Of a DNA stretch of 64,000 bases, positions 47,701 through 60,394 are shown in pieces (positions within the stretch are counted from its first letter, which is position 1; each line of letters opens with the position of its first letter). Below the pieces are notes generated by a model. That model ran no database searches. It had not been told where the DNA came from and saw only the letters and a list, made by a program, of their open reading frames with translations. Both the position numbers and the translations under genes were made by a program. Source of the stretch: Phallusia mammillata (taxonomy: Eukaryota); NCBI GenBank assembly GCA_965637545.1, contig OZ281500.1, positions 19,282,001 through 19,346,000 on the forward strand, given 5' to 3'.

Positions 47701-50700
47701 AACGCAAGGTCGTTCTTGATGTCGGTCATCTTAAAACAGCTTCTATCCGGATTTACTGCACCATTTTTGAGACGCTCAGAAAAAAGCCACTCAGTTTTAT
47801 ATTGGTCTGCGGGGACTGATGGAGGATTAATTGCGTCGCTGCCAGAAGCTGTAAACAACAACAAAATTTTTTGCCACTATTTTTCTTGCATAGAAAGTCA
47901 GGTTCAGCTGATGCGTCTGGTACACAAAGTCCACAAGGTACAGATACAAACTTGATCTGGTTCTGGGTTGTCAATTTTCAGTTTTTTGAGTCTGACGAAA
48001 CCGGTTAATTGGGATTACAATTTACCAAGCGTTTAACCAGTTTTCCCGGTTAAGTAGGTTGTGTTTTACCGGTTTGTTGTGTTAACAAATGATAGGCAAC
48101 GGTTCGGTATTCACTAAATTGTCCCGATTAACCAGATTGCGATTAACCAGTTTCGTCTGTATCTGGTATTTTTAATGTCGCAACGTGCATAAACTAAATT
48201 TATGGTTAATTCCAGTTTAATTTATGTGTCCAAAAATAGAAAAGCATTTTCAAAGTCTGCCACGAAGTCACAATGTTGAATGCATCAAATATACACAGAT
48301 TTTCGTTAATTTAAATTTCCTAATAAATCGCTAAAATCGAAAGATCACGCAGAGTTTACTACAACAAAAACGACACTTCGTAAAAAAAGTCAAACATCAA
48401 TTTACCCGGTATGCAACGAAGTCGCAATGTTGAATCCACCATAACACTCAACTGTTGAACGTTCTTGTCACATGACAACGCGTCATCGATGGCGCTCAAG
48501 CATGACGTGGGAAAAGGCAAAAGGGTGACGTTGACTTTCGAAGTGAGACACTGACTTCCGGAGGTCTGCGAAAAAATGGGTTAAAAGTGGTATTTTTTTG
48601 GGTAACCGGGGTTTCCATGGCGCTCTGTTGCCAAGACCAGAAAGGCAACCACCCAAATAGAGCTGTTTTCTGAAAATCGTGTTTATGTGGGTAAACAGCA
48701 TATCTGGCTTGATGACTGACCTATTTTAACTTGAACGCTTGTAATTTGCTAAATCAACAGAAAAACGTTTTTGCGGTTTTTTTGCGAAAACGTTTTTATT
48801 TTTGGGGGGACAATTTCAACGTATATATAGTTGCTTCATGTTAAAATCTCTCATTGTTAAACTTATTTTTGCCAATTTTAAAATTACTGCAAAATGGAAC
48901 ACCAACAAATTTTTCAATAGCTGTGTTAAAAAATAGGTTATATGTCTTGCTTGTTTTTTTCTTTCCTCCATAATGCCTTCATTCTCGCTCGCAAAGAGCC
49001 ACACCAGTCCTATACTTACTTCGGTCAAATATCGCTTGTCCAAAACACTGCTCAACGGGGAACAAATTCGCGAAAAACGGTATTATGTTTGAATACGAAA
49101 CGCCGTGGTAGTGGTTGCATGGCAAATATCATGGGATGTGGTGGCAGGGTTTCGCCGAAAGTACAGGAAAAACGCTGGGATTCTGGACGGTATAAGCCAG
49201 CTGCGCCTTCTCACTATGTTATATTTGCGGGATAGGTCATTTATTTTAAAAAAGAACTTTGCCTTTGGAAGATTTTCTTTCCGCAGATTTCGCTTTAAAT
49301 GAATTGCCGCAACGTTTTGAAAAATAGGGTAAAACGATCAACGTACGCTTCTTGGCCAATATATTTGGCACGTGTGTGTATTACTGCGTAAGGTAATCCC
49401 GCGTGAAAACCTAAATATTTCTTTTAAAAACATTTGTCACAAAAATATATAATACGTCAAAAGTACAACAAAAATACAAAATATGAAACAGTGAGGGCGT
49501 CCTACCTGGTAGAGTTGAAAAAAGCTGAGTGCTGGCATATGGGGCTGTAAGACGAGGTTGTCGGATGAGTTGTAAGTTTCTGTACGGAGATCTTTTAAAT
49601 GACACTGCACAAAAACATGTTACGTGTAAAAAACTTCTTTAAACAATTACTTGAAGCAAAATATTACGTAAGAGATCTGGAACAAAATTTATTGCTAGCT
49701 TTTTTTGCTGCAAAATTGTTTTTACGTTGGAGATACCTGTCATTGATATTATAATACATATAAACTAACAGTTTATTATTTGTTGTATTTTGAGGTAACA
49801 AATGATTAGTCGCCACATTTAATGTAACAATTGATAAAACGCTACATCCCCAGCATAAAGACTAAGATTTTGTGACCTATTGAAACGTAATTGTGTTTAA
49901 AGATACATGCTTATATATCTTGATGATTCATCGTCACTTACATCCTATGCGAACTTTTGCTCCGCGCGATAAGCTGTTGAGCACATTTTAGTCAAGCGGC
50001 GAGCAACTAAGTAAAAGTCGAAAATGGCGGTGCTTCGGGTCCTAGTTAGAGTTCATATATTGGGTTTTTGAATTGAATAGGTCAAAGGTCACGGTAATAG
50101 ATTGTAAACCAGTATGTTAAATCTTTGTTTCCTTTGTGGTAAAAAAAAATTGCAGAAAAAAGTTCGGTCAATTTTCAGTTGAACCAAAAGATGGGAATTT
50201 AAAAGAGTGCGGAGCTGCGTTAAGCTGTCCAGACAACAACTGAAAAGGTAGGAAAAATTCCAGAAATTTCTTATTGACTTAACGGCATATGTGAAGCGGT
50301 AGGCGATTCGGCCGCACGACCGGGGAAATTTTCCCAAAATTTATTTGAAATTCCTTGAAAAAGCGTCACACCGTTGAATTTCCCATCTGCTGAGCCACAC
50401 GAAGCAAACCAAACGCCGAAGCGAATTTCAAGACACAAGGCAAGGGAATAACCCGACAGTCTCTCTTATTCTCTATTACAATGGTTTTCAACTAGTTTCA
50501 GGCTATGGCTATGTATAACTAAATGAATATTGCTGACCAATTCATTGTAAAGTAAGGATAAAGAAAGCATGTACAACTATAGTATATTGGCTTGGTACAT
50601 ATTTCTTCAATACAGAATTTCGAGCTGGAATATAGAACAATTGACATCTATGGCCAATACTTGACAATTATTTTCCATCAATACAGAATTTCCATGGGCC

Positions 50701-53700
50701 ACCAGTAGTTCAATTAAATTAAATCGCGGACCAGTTCATTTTTACGTAAGGATAAAGAAAGCATCGACAAAAAGAATATTGGTTTGGTATATATAAAAGA
50801 ATATGTTGGATATATTCCTTCAATGCAGAATTTCGAGCAGTGATACCAAACAATTGACATCTATGGCCAATCCTTGGCAAAGCGTTTACTCAACTATTTC
50901 CAGTTAATCACCAAATACAATTAACGTCCGAGGACCACCCAAAAATTCATCATGGGCCACCAGTTGGGAACCACTGCTCCATCATAAGTTTTTTATAACC
51001 ATCGTTTTTAAGCGAAATTTAGCAACATGTAATGGTGTCACTAACCACAAGCTATTGTTATACAAATTCCTGTTATGCAGTGAACTATCGTAATCCTAGA
51101 CCAGCCGTAATCGATATCGCTTGGCAAGTTCAGTCCGCCAACGAACTTCCCCGCTGGTTTATCCAAACAATAGATGCCCTTCTCGACCTTTCTTAGTGGT
51201 TTGCCCCAAATTTGCATACAGCGTGACTGGCACCTTTGAAAATATTTGAAGACCTTTGCTGCCGACAAGACGAAAACTTGAAAGAAAATCGTGAAGAAAA
51301 ATGGGTACTTTCACGAGAAACTCAAGATAAGTTGAAAACAACACCCGTGTACACAGTTGACAGTTTAAAGGTACGCAAGGTTGTTTGTTGTTGACAAAAC
51401 AATTGCAGCTTTGGCGGGTATTTATTGCAGCATTTGTTTGCAAGTGTGGTAAATCCCGTTTATCTAACGAGCAAAGAGTTTAAAAATATGACTCCAAACC
51501 GCAACCTCAGCTCTGTGGCCTCATGAGCATCGGAAGAAGCTAAGTGCTGATTGAATAATTTATTGTTTAGCTGCCACAAACATCGCGATGGTTTGTGTTG
51601 AAAACAACGCAACTGTTTTGCACAGATCAATAAAATCGGCATCAAACTAATCGATACGGAAAATACCCGTTTAATTTGAAGCCACACTAACGTGCCTATT
51701 CCGCTCGATTCAAGGCAAGTATGCAGGATAAGAAACGGGATATTCCACATGAGGTGTCAGTAACAGCTATTGGCCTAACGATGGATTTTTTCAGATGAAA
51801 TGACAAAGATTTGACGGGTGATACACTCTGTGTGCCCCCTTTGTAACTGATCGTCTACGTTATGGATGTAGGTCGGAATTCCCTAATATTGACGAGGATA
51901 CATCACAATTTAAATGTATTGCCTACAATTTAGGGGTATTCTGATTCCTTGAGGAACGCGAACAATTTAACTGATAGTTTTTGTGATTAATCCTTGCGCA
52001 CTCAACGTGAATGCATGTATTTATGCTAATGCACAAATTGAAAAGTGGAAAAATAACATTATTCGATGTAACAGTAGTCTAAGTTTTGCAAAACCAACAA
52101 ACTTGAAACCAATAAAGCTGGGAAACGGGTTGGAATGGTCAAGTCTGTATTTGCGTCAATAAATTCTATGTTTCACCGACCTACTGAGAACTGTAGTACA
52201 AAACAGTGTGGTAGAGGTATGATATAAATCAGGGCAAAGACAAGCGGCAAAATATGGGAAGCGAAACCACGAAATCCGTCCGACGCGAACCACATAATAC
52301 GAGCCGTTTAGCGAGCAAGGGATGAACGATGAGGGTTAAATGAATGGATAACCAATGTTCGGTCGGTTTCGATAGGCGGTATATTAATATTTGTCAAGTA
52401 AATCATAAATTTAAAACTTGATCCTAAGAGATAGACTAGGAAGGCAATTGCGGTGAAAGTGGCCATTTCTGGTTTTTTTGAGAGTTGAAACTGTATTGCA
52501 CAAAGGAGGGGTTGACCATGTGAATGACTCGCAGTGTTGTGTACAATATATGTACACATTTTTGGAATTAGGAAATTTTTGGAAGTAGATTTTTTGAAAT
52601 GACAAACAAAGTTTTTGAAATGACCCATTTTTTTGTCTTTTTACGAGCAAAAACATTTTTTTACAAACAAGTCTAACGACTTTCCACGGCACAAGTTTAG
52701 CTGAAATATATGTTGATGTGCTTTAATGCAAATGTCCCAGTAATTGCAATTTCCGGGTGAAAAACCCCACATTTGCAACTATTGCTGGAATTTTTGCTCC
52801 CTCATAAAATCAGCATATTGTCGGTCTGAAGTAGGAAAAATTGTCACAATGCAGATTTTTATCCCGCTGAATCAGCCGTTGAATTGGGGCATTACCATGC
52901 ATTAAGGTTTTTAATTACTGTAGAAAATTAAAGCATACATTTAAGTGTAAAATTCCAGTTTCAATTGTTAATGACTTTAAAAGGACGCGAGCCCCTGCAA
53001 AATCGCTAACGTTGGCAATATAGCAATGGACAGAGCAGTCTGGTTCCTCTATTCTGGAATAGAGGAACCAACATCAAAGGACAAAAGACACGGTTATTTG
53101 AGAAGCTACACAAACATGGTCTGTTGGTCTGGGTTAAAAGACAATGCCTCTATTGCGCCATTCTTGACTTGACTCATGACACAGAAGAGTACGATTCGAA
53201 AAAAACACAAATTGTATCAGTTTGCTTTCCAAAAATGCCAGTAACGTTCCTACAAGTACGGACCTTCCTATCGATGTGTACTAGTGAAAAACAGTACAGA
53301 CAAAATTGTCTCTTCAGAAGAATGGCGTTTAGGGTACCAATCTGTGGTCCGCAAAGGAATCACATTTAGTTAACATAATATGTATTTTGTCTTAAATTTT
53401 TTATTTTAAGATTGTTTTACAGCCCAATGTTTTTATAACGGTGTACTTAATTACATACCTTTAACGGATGTTTGTTACTTAAGTGCATGAAACAGTTTGT
53501 ATGGTGGGACGGTTTTGTACACGCGAATCTTTCAATATATCTCGTGATGTTGTTTAAAAGTTTAGACCAGTGCTCTTCAACCTTTTTGGGCTTGGTGAAC
53601 CCTTAAAGTTGTTGTGACGAACTCATGCACCCTGTTTACTTTAACTGAGATAACTGAAAGGTTAACTGAGATAAAAGCTAGATGAAAAATCATTATGCAT

Positions 53701-54710
53701 ATCATCATGTCGATCAAACCGAGCGGAGCTCGCAAAAATTGCTTGAATTGCTACCAATACTCCAAGCATATGTTCGCGAATTTTCTGTGAAACACCGGAG
53801 AAAAATCCAAAACTCGATGTCCTAATATAACCCGACTGTAACGCAGACACTACCAAACTTGACACGGGGATAAAACATTTTACCTTGGTTCACATCATTT
53901 GTAACCTACATCTTTTTTCTAATATCCTGATAGTCAAATATAAATGGTTCATTAAAAGTTTGTGATGCACCCTTGTATACCCCTTCGCACTGGTGCACCC
54001 CATGCATATTTTGGTGCACCCTAGGGTGCACCGTGCACACCGGTTGAAGAGCACTGGTTTAGACAACTTAAACCCACCGCTTCAAATCTATTTGTTTATT
54101 GGGTGTGTGGGCGTGTGTTGACTTTGAAAACAGCAAATGAAATGCGATTTTAGATTTAGATAAAGTGCCGCACCCTAAAGTAATCCCAGATAACGAACCA
54201 AACACGAATCTCGACTTACCTGCGAATTAGTGGAATTGAAGTCCACGCCAAACTGTTGTTTCCAATGCAATTTCAAGGCATCGCAGTTTAGCGAAAACGG
54301 CCAACCATAGTATGCAGATACGGTGCTAAATACGCCATCCACTTCAGTACAGTTTGATACATGTTGCTCTGAACACAAAGTCAGTTACACATTGAACTAT
54401 GTTAAAAACGAAAGAATGGTATAAAGTAATTATAAAGCCAGGAATACAAATGTCTTTTTTAGTCTAAATTTTGACTTAAAAAGTAGAAAACCATTTTTTC
54501 TACAGAGAATACACACAGTTTTGACCTTCAGGTCTTATCAGTGCAACTGGTGATGGTGACAATACATTGGCCGTAGATGGGCTAGTGTTTTTTTCTTTCT
54601 TTTACCTTATTCAAACAACATTTATATTTACCTTTGATGACGAGCATTCCATCAACGTAGAAATGTGACAAAACCGCAATGATTGCAATAATGTTTAGTG
54701 CGACTCTCAT
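41756..54710 (-). CDS. Interleukin-1-receptor-like protein: signal peptide, 3 Ig domains, TM helix, TIR domain, Ser-rich tail; 646 aa
   Basis: complement(join(41756..41790,42094..42250,42558..42680,43014..43120,43727..43885,44322..44563,45176..45283,45851..45939,46594..46739,47102..47201,47661..47848,48406..48565,49506..49604,54220..54368,54632..54710)); 1941 nt in phase. Signal MRVALNIIAIIAVLSHFYVDG; Ig motifs YGWPFSLNC, STLRLRC, DPGIYTC, GAEVTVMC, SDAGVYT; IL-1R-type linker QCLTSKVNVTLLPFPTSC; TM IVSILVAVLVVVVVITILACLA; juxtamembrane IKLTYRRHF; TIR HLEQSHRMIIVVTEDFIQDAWARF and TDIEYALP. The 54220-to-49604 join across a 4.6-kb intron is the least certain. Confidence 0.85.
43318..43622. mobile_element. 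hAT-type MITE with AGGGTTGCCA-type ends
   Basis: CAGAGCTGCCA ... TGGCAACCCTC; flanks GTTATACT / GCTATAAT (6/8). Confidence 0.55.
47992..48159. mobile_element. pogo/Tigger-like MITE in IL-1R-like intron
   Basis: TIRs CTGACGAAACCGGTTAAT / ATTAACCAGTTTCGTCTG followed by TA. Confidence 0.65.
50550..50980. repeat. Diverged ~200-bp tandem duplication ending in a hAT-type TIR
   Basis: GTAAGGATAAAGAAAGCAT, CAGAATTTCGAGC, AACAATTGACATCTATGGCCAAT and CATGGGCCACCAGT each occur twice; ends GTTGGGAACCACTG. Confidence 0.6.
53568..54056. mobile_element. hAT-type MITE, probably young
   Basis: Perfect 15-bp TIRs CAGTGCTCTTCAACC / GGTTGAAGAGCACTG; perfect TSD GTTTAGAC; subterminal GTGCACC repeats including the palindrome GGTGCACCCTAGGGTGCACC. 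Confidence 0.92.
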
Positions 54711-57286
54711 GACGATTTGTTTACAACAAAATTATTATGTATAACATCTCTGCAAAGAAAATCTCTTGCATTATTCCGAAGCAACAAGACGTTTATTTGC
54801 CAACACAGTAAAGCAAACTTCGACATTTAAACAAACAATATGAAAAAATACTGCAGCGGGCTTTTCAACTAACATTTTTTACACAATACTTTATCTAACA
54901 ATTCCTCTTCTGGAAAACCTCAACCGACGTACGTTGTGGACACCTAAACCCACAAGAGCGTTTAATACTTGTGGTGAGGTATGGTGGTCTGTGCTAGAGG
55001 CGTCTCTTTTAAACCCTTTTACTTGCTGCCATCCATCAAAATCCAGCGTAGCGAGACGGAAAAAACTGCGCACCAACTGCCAGAAGACAAAAGAGACAAA
55101 AATGGAAATACCCAGCTCCTCTTTCGGCTCCAATGAAAGTTGCCCACGCAAACGTTGTGTAAGCAACTGTTACTTAAGTCACATTGCAACATTTTGTTAC
55201 TATTATTACGTACAATTGTTTGGTAAAACTTGACAATAGTTGATTTGAATTGATTTTTAAAGCCAATATACACGCTTGCAGTTCTCTCAGTTTGCTGAAA
55301 GGCAGAGTTCAAAAACAACAAAGGCATTATTTCGAAACAATCGAGTATTTCAAATGGCAGTACAAAACACCAGCAAGGAATAGCTCCTTTCATTCGGTAT
55401 GTGCAACACGCAAACATTTCCTGTACTGAATCGAATTGCAATTCTTGCAAGCTCTGGACGGCTCAAAAACCAGGTCAAACGCGTTGTGTACCAACCGTAG
55501 CCATGACTGAAGCTTTTGCGCCAACATAAGTCAGGAAATATAACAGCGTGTAGGTGGTACCACACGATATAAGGTGACCGTCTTGGTTTAATGGGTCTAT
55601 GATAATGCCTATGCATTTAGGTAGTTAGAAATATGCGGGTACTTCGTATATAGGATAATGACTGAGCATTTAGGTAGTTATATAAGCATAACACAGATTG
55701 GAATCGAAACACTTACACCACTCAGAGTCTACTTGAATGCTTTCCAAACCTTAAAGCAAGCAAAATGTGATGTTGGAATTGGCAATCTTGATAAAGACAT
55801 GAGTCATCGGTTACCACTCCGGAAATTAAATCAAACAGCCCAGATTATGCAAATGCCAAAGTCAAAAAGTTCGAAAATCGTGCAAAGAAAGTTAAGAAGC
55901 AACGCCCGCGGTTTGCATACTTCGTTACCATCAATATACAAATTTCCATCTTATCAAGCCTTGTATGTTTATTAAGGTTGGTTCTCGAAGCTGATAAGGC
56001 CTTGAAAGGTTACACCCATCGTGCTTTGTTGATATGAAACATATTTACCACCGTTCGTTCAGATGGAATGATCGTAATCTTTCAGCAATGTGTATACAAA
56101 GACCATACACGTCTAACCGGCGGGGCTAGAATATGTCCAGTATATCTGCCAATATATTATAGTTAACAATGTTAGTTCCGCCAATTGTGTGTTGCAGTAT
56201 TATTACTTCGTTAAAGCAACGATTGCTTTAGGCGTTCGGGATCCACTTTATTGCTTTACGCTTCACATTTTTTGCTTCTATCGTTTATGAATTTTACCCA
56301 CTAGAATTTAGGACCAATATGGCCTCTATTTGATCGTGCCTTCCGTTTTATATCAACAATCAAATCGTGTCTTGCAAAGCTTTTTCTACAGTAATCGTGC
56401 AACTGCATGAATGTAAAATCCTAAATTCGGAAGTCTTTATAAAAAAAAAGAAAAAATAAACGCTATTTTTTTCACCGCGAAACACGAAACCTCAGATACG
56501 TTAAGCCGTACTCTACTCAGTACTGCTTTTCTTTGTTGTTGCCCTTTTTTACAAAATGTATTTACATCAGTTTTAAAAATTTCAAACAATTTGAGTTTGA
56601 AAAAGCAAATTAAAAGGTTAATTTGCAAAATATTTCCCAATGAAATCTGTTAAACTTTACAGACACCGTACATAATAATGCAGAAAGGCTTTTAACAGCG
56701 GAACGGATAGTTCCAACTTAAACCAACTCAAACACCACGCCATCCCAGTCTTTAACGTTGTCTTGTACCGACTTCCTAATCCGCAAATTTTTAGCGGTTG
56801 GCTCGAAAACTTTTCAGAACCAGGCCGCTCAACGTCTGATGGTCCACATTAAGTAACTTGTTACAGGCTCCAAATACGGACAAAATAGTCTGATATGTTG
56901 TCGTGTGGAGGGTATAAAGTAGGGGCGGTTGTTGAGGTATTTCCTATGGAATGCGAAATACCTTTTTGGCGGCAATAAAACAAAGTAGGAAAATCGTTCC
57001 AGAAAGAAAGGAAAAACCATCTAAACATTTAAGTGATAAAAAAGTCCCTCAAAAAAGTAAAACCCATAATACAGTTCCAGTTGCAAACTAACCACTACCC
57101 CAGTGTTTCTTATTTGAGAGGATTATTCGTTTTGTGTAAAATTCTTCTTGTGGTTATTTAGCACTCCTTATACCACAAGTTGAAAAACAAACAATGTGGT
57201 TGTTCTATTTTAACAATAAACAAACAACTTTTAAATAAATTGCCTTTTTACTTTCAAAGCGACTTGTAACGTTGCAAATATATGTT

Positions 57287-57314
57287 TTTGTAACAAATAT
57301 ATGTTTTTGTAACA
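57287..57314. repeat. Short perfect tandem duplication (19-bp period)
   Basis: AAATATATGTTTTTGTAAC occurs twice head to tail around 57276-57314. Confidence 0.6.
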
Positions 57315-60154
57315 AAACGGCGTCGGCACAACAACGCAAGCAAGGAAAACCCTTATAAACATTTCAGTGAGCCCGATCATACGTTTTACCAGTTTGCACA
57401 TTGGGCCTGTGACACACTGAAGTGACACCCGATGGTTTTAGGAAACGATACGGGCCTTCAACAATTCGTCAAATTGTGTAGTAGCCGGAAAATACCCACA
57501 ACTGGAATTCTTGCAGAATTTCCACTCTTAATCAGCATAAAGAAGACATAAAAAATCGTCAATTACTGCATTACTGGACTTTTGTGGCCCTTTCCGACAG
57601 TTGATGACAGATGGCGAGTTAGTCACACGACTCGTGACAAATTGGCATGGAAATTCACAAAATACACTTTAAAACAAACGAGAAACATAAGATACCGAGT
57701 TGATTTGAAAAAAAATCTTGCGATAATGTTATGGAAAAAATTAGAAAACCAAGCTAAATGTAACAGAAGGGAGCCATAACAAAAACTCTATTTGTTCCAA
57801 AATAAGGGTAATTGTATAATTTTTTGTTCGTTTTTAAAACAAAAACTCATACTTGAAACCGTGACGCACTGTTAAAGAAAAACAAAACTTTAGTTGAAGG
57901 TATTAGTTGAACGTAACATTTTTAGTAAACATCGCAACTAAAATGTGAAATTTTTATTCCCGGAAAGTACCACATTGGCCGTACATTGAAAAGTCACGTT
58001 TACATTTACGTCGACACAAAACGATGCGTAACCAAAAGTCCCCAACCACGCACCAAGACCGTTTTAAAAAATTGCTTTGTACCACAGAATGGCCGTATCT
58101 AACTTGTAAATAAACTTACTAGCAGATACAAGCTCGAAAACTTTGGAAAAAGGTTGTAATCTATAATTGAGAACAACGGCCAAGTATGCTTGAGTAAAGC
58201 AATATTCGAAGTTTTAGAGCAAGTAGCCTAATTAAAATGCACATCGAGAAATCATGTCCACAAAATTCAACTTGTATATGCGGTGGCTTTCAATTTTAAA
58301 ATTTGGCATAAAATGCTTCTCACTTTGAGATTTTTAATTCCAAGTCGAATAATTATTTACCAAGCGCAAATACCGCTGAAACTGTAGCACCCAAAACACC
58401 ACAATAGAAGGGAACGAGGCATATAACTTTTAAAAAGATAAAACAATGGGCCACTAGCAACATAGGCTTTCACCAGGGACAGCACAACAATGAGTTAGAA
58501 TCGTAATTTGATCGCCCCCTTACTTTACTTCTCTGCATTATCAGCGTCATAACTGTTTTGCGTCACCACTGCTCGGGAGATTTTTTTCAGAAACAGAAAA
58601 ATGGCCGTAGCGGAAGCGAACGCTGGTCATCAGAGTAGCAACCAAATGACCAACAATATACGTTCTAAATTTTAAAGGAAGCATCGTCAACCCATCCTAA
58701 GTTTACCAGAGGATGTAATAACTTCTGAAACCTCGCCAAAATTACATTTCCATAGAATTGTGACCTTACAAAGATAACTGGTCTCAAGTACCGCGCTAAT
58801 AACTCAACTTTTCCCTTTGATGTGCAAACTAAAACATAATACCTTTGAGGATACCCAGAAGAAAAAACGTGACAAGGACACGTTTTGGCACTTATATGCT
58901 AAATGGCTGTCATGTATTATAGAGTTCCTTTGGGACGCAATATGACTATCCACTGACTGACTAGAATCGATATTAACATGTCACATACCATCGTCAAGTT
59001 CGTCCTTTGCTTCGGCATTTACCCAATCTAAATATCGACAGCTGATTGGGCTGAAGCACTGTGAGACACAGCAATGGAACATGAAATACAATACTATTGT
59101 ATCTGCGGGCGGGGATTTCTAATAACAGATGAATGGAAACCTAATATGAGAGTTTGGAACTGGACTAAGTTTGTACGATCTGCTGCCTGTGGAATACATA
59201 TACGCGTATATTCAATTCGCTGGTTGCTTAGATCACATACAGTAATGAATTATTTAAAGGTACCACGCTACATGCATGCTTGTGTTGTTAAGGCCTCTGC
59301 ACAATGTACAATGTTTACATGAAAACCCAAAGTAAGTACTTCATTATAGCAACAAGCAAGTGGTAAAACAGTCTTAACTAGTTATTGATCAGCAAGTCAT
59401 GTAACTGGTATCTCCCAAGACAAAGCTTTTCACTATAGACAAGTAACATGCCACTTTAACAAACGACTTTTAGCTTCTCAAAAGCAAACTAAAGACTAAA
59501 CGTGGTCCAATACTTTGTACTACCACAAGAAAAACAAGTTATACAGCTTTCTCTACTGCTTGGCTAATAAACTTAACAGACAGCCTGCTGCTACTGTGTA
59601 CTTCAGCCTGGCACGGGTAAAAACAAAATCTCTGGGCTAGATTGGCGCTCCTTCTCTTACTCCTCTTGTTTCTCTAGTTTGTACTTCTCCTTCTCTTGCC
59701 CAGCGCATTGACGTCATATAGGAGAAAGGCGACAGCAGTCGGTTGAATTTTGCTACAGGCTATTACGTGGTGGAATTTTTGGTTACGGACCGTGCGATAT
59801 ATTTGTCAGATTTAAAATGGATGAGTAAAGCGTCGATGAAACTGACATACTTTGACAGGAAATCGAAAGCACAACAAATAAGACTATTAATTATGATAAA
59901 GAGAGAAATATGTTGATTGTTTGTAAACCATGCGCTGCTTCATATCAAAACAGAAAATCTGATGTTATTAAAAGCACGCATGGGGCAGCAATTACAGCTA
60001 AATGTTAGAGGAAACGGTAAACTTTAAGCATACAAAACGATGGGCAAAATCGGCAAGGTGCAAACATTCCACACAATGTTTAAAGCTGACTTGGGGAGTG
60101 CTTATAATCTTCGTTCTTATTGCATAGTGAGAGCTTTCGGCCTAGGGCTTAAGC

Positions 60155-60394
60155 CAGGGGTGAGCAACCTTTGTTACTGTAGGGCCAATTATAAATGTCA
60201 AAATTGGATCGCGGGCCGCACATGTGCATGACACAAAGTGATTTTGCTTTGTTTCTTACCAAATATGCTTAACTGCAAGTATAATTCGTATTTGATTCTA
60301 GCCGCATTTTGCCAGATCGCAGAAAACTAGCATCAGGCGCAGCATTATTCAGCTCAAAAATATGCAATAATTGGCCGCCTGTTGCCCACCCTTG
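60155..60394. mobile_element. hAT-type MITE
   Basis: TIRs CAGGGGTGAGCAAC / GTTGCCCACCCTTG; TSD GCTTAAGC / GCTTAGGC (7/8). Confidence 0.8.

Noticed and set aside
47849-47990. Cys-containing ORF (IKFVSVPCGLC) as an extra Ig exon
   Set aside because: Exon 48406-48565 already joins 47848 in phase and supplies the B-strand Cys; this would need a 41-nt GC-AG intron and a poor acceptor.
48600-53400. Several 60-100 aa ORFs in IL-1R-like introns as a nested gene or retroelement
   Set aside because: No consistent splice chain and no RT, integrase or transposase motif recognised.
54604-54615. TTTGAATAAG|GT on the minus strand matches the 3' end of the Ciona spliced leader
   Set aside because: Only 10 AT-rich bases match, the 5' part of the leader is absent, no Sm-site context was seen, and it lies inside an intron.
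54857-55530. Plus-strand four-exon chain with good donors
   Set aside because: No start codon, no family match, and it conflicts with an equally drawable minus-strand chain, so chance is likely.
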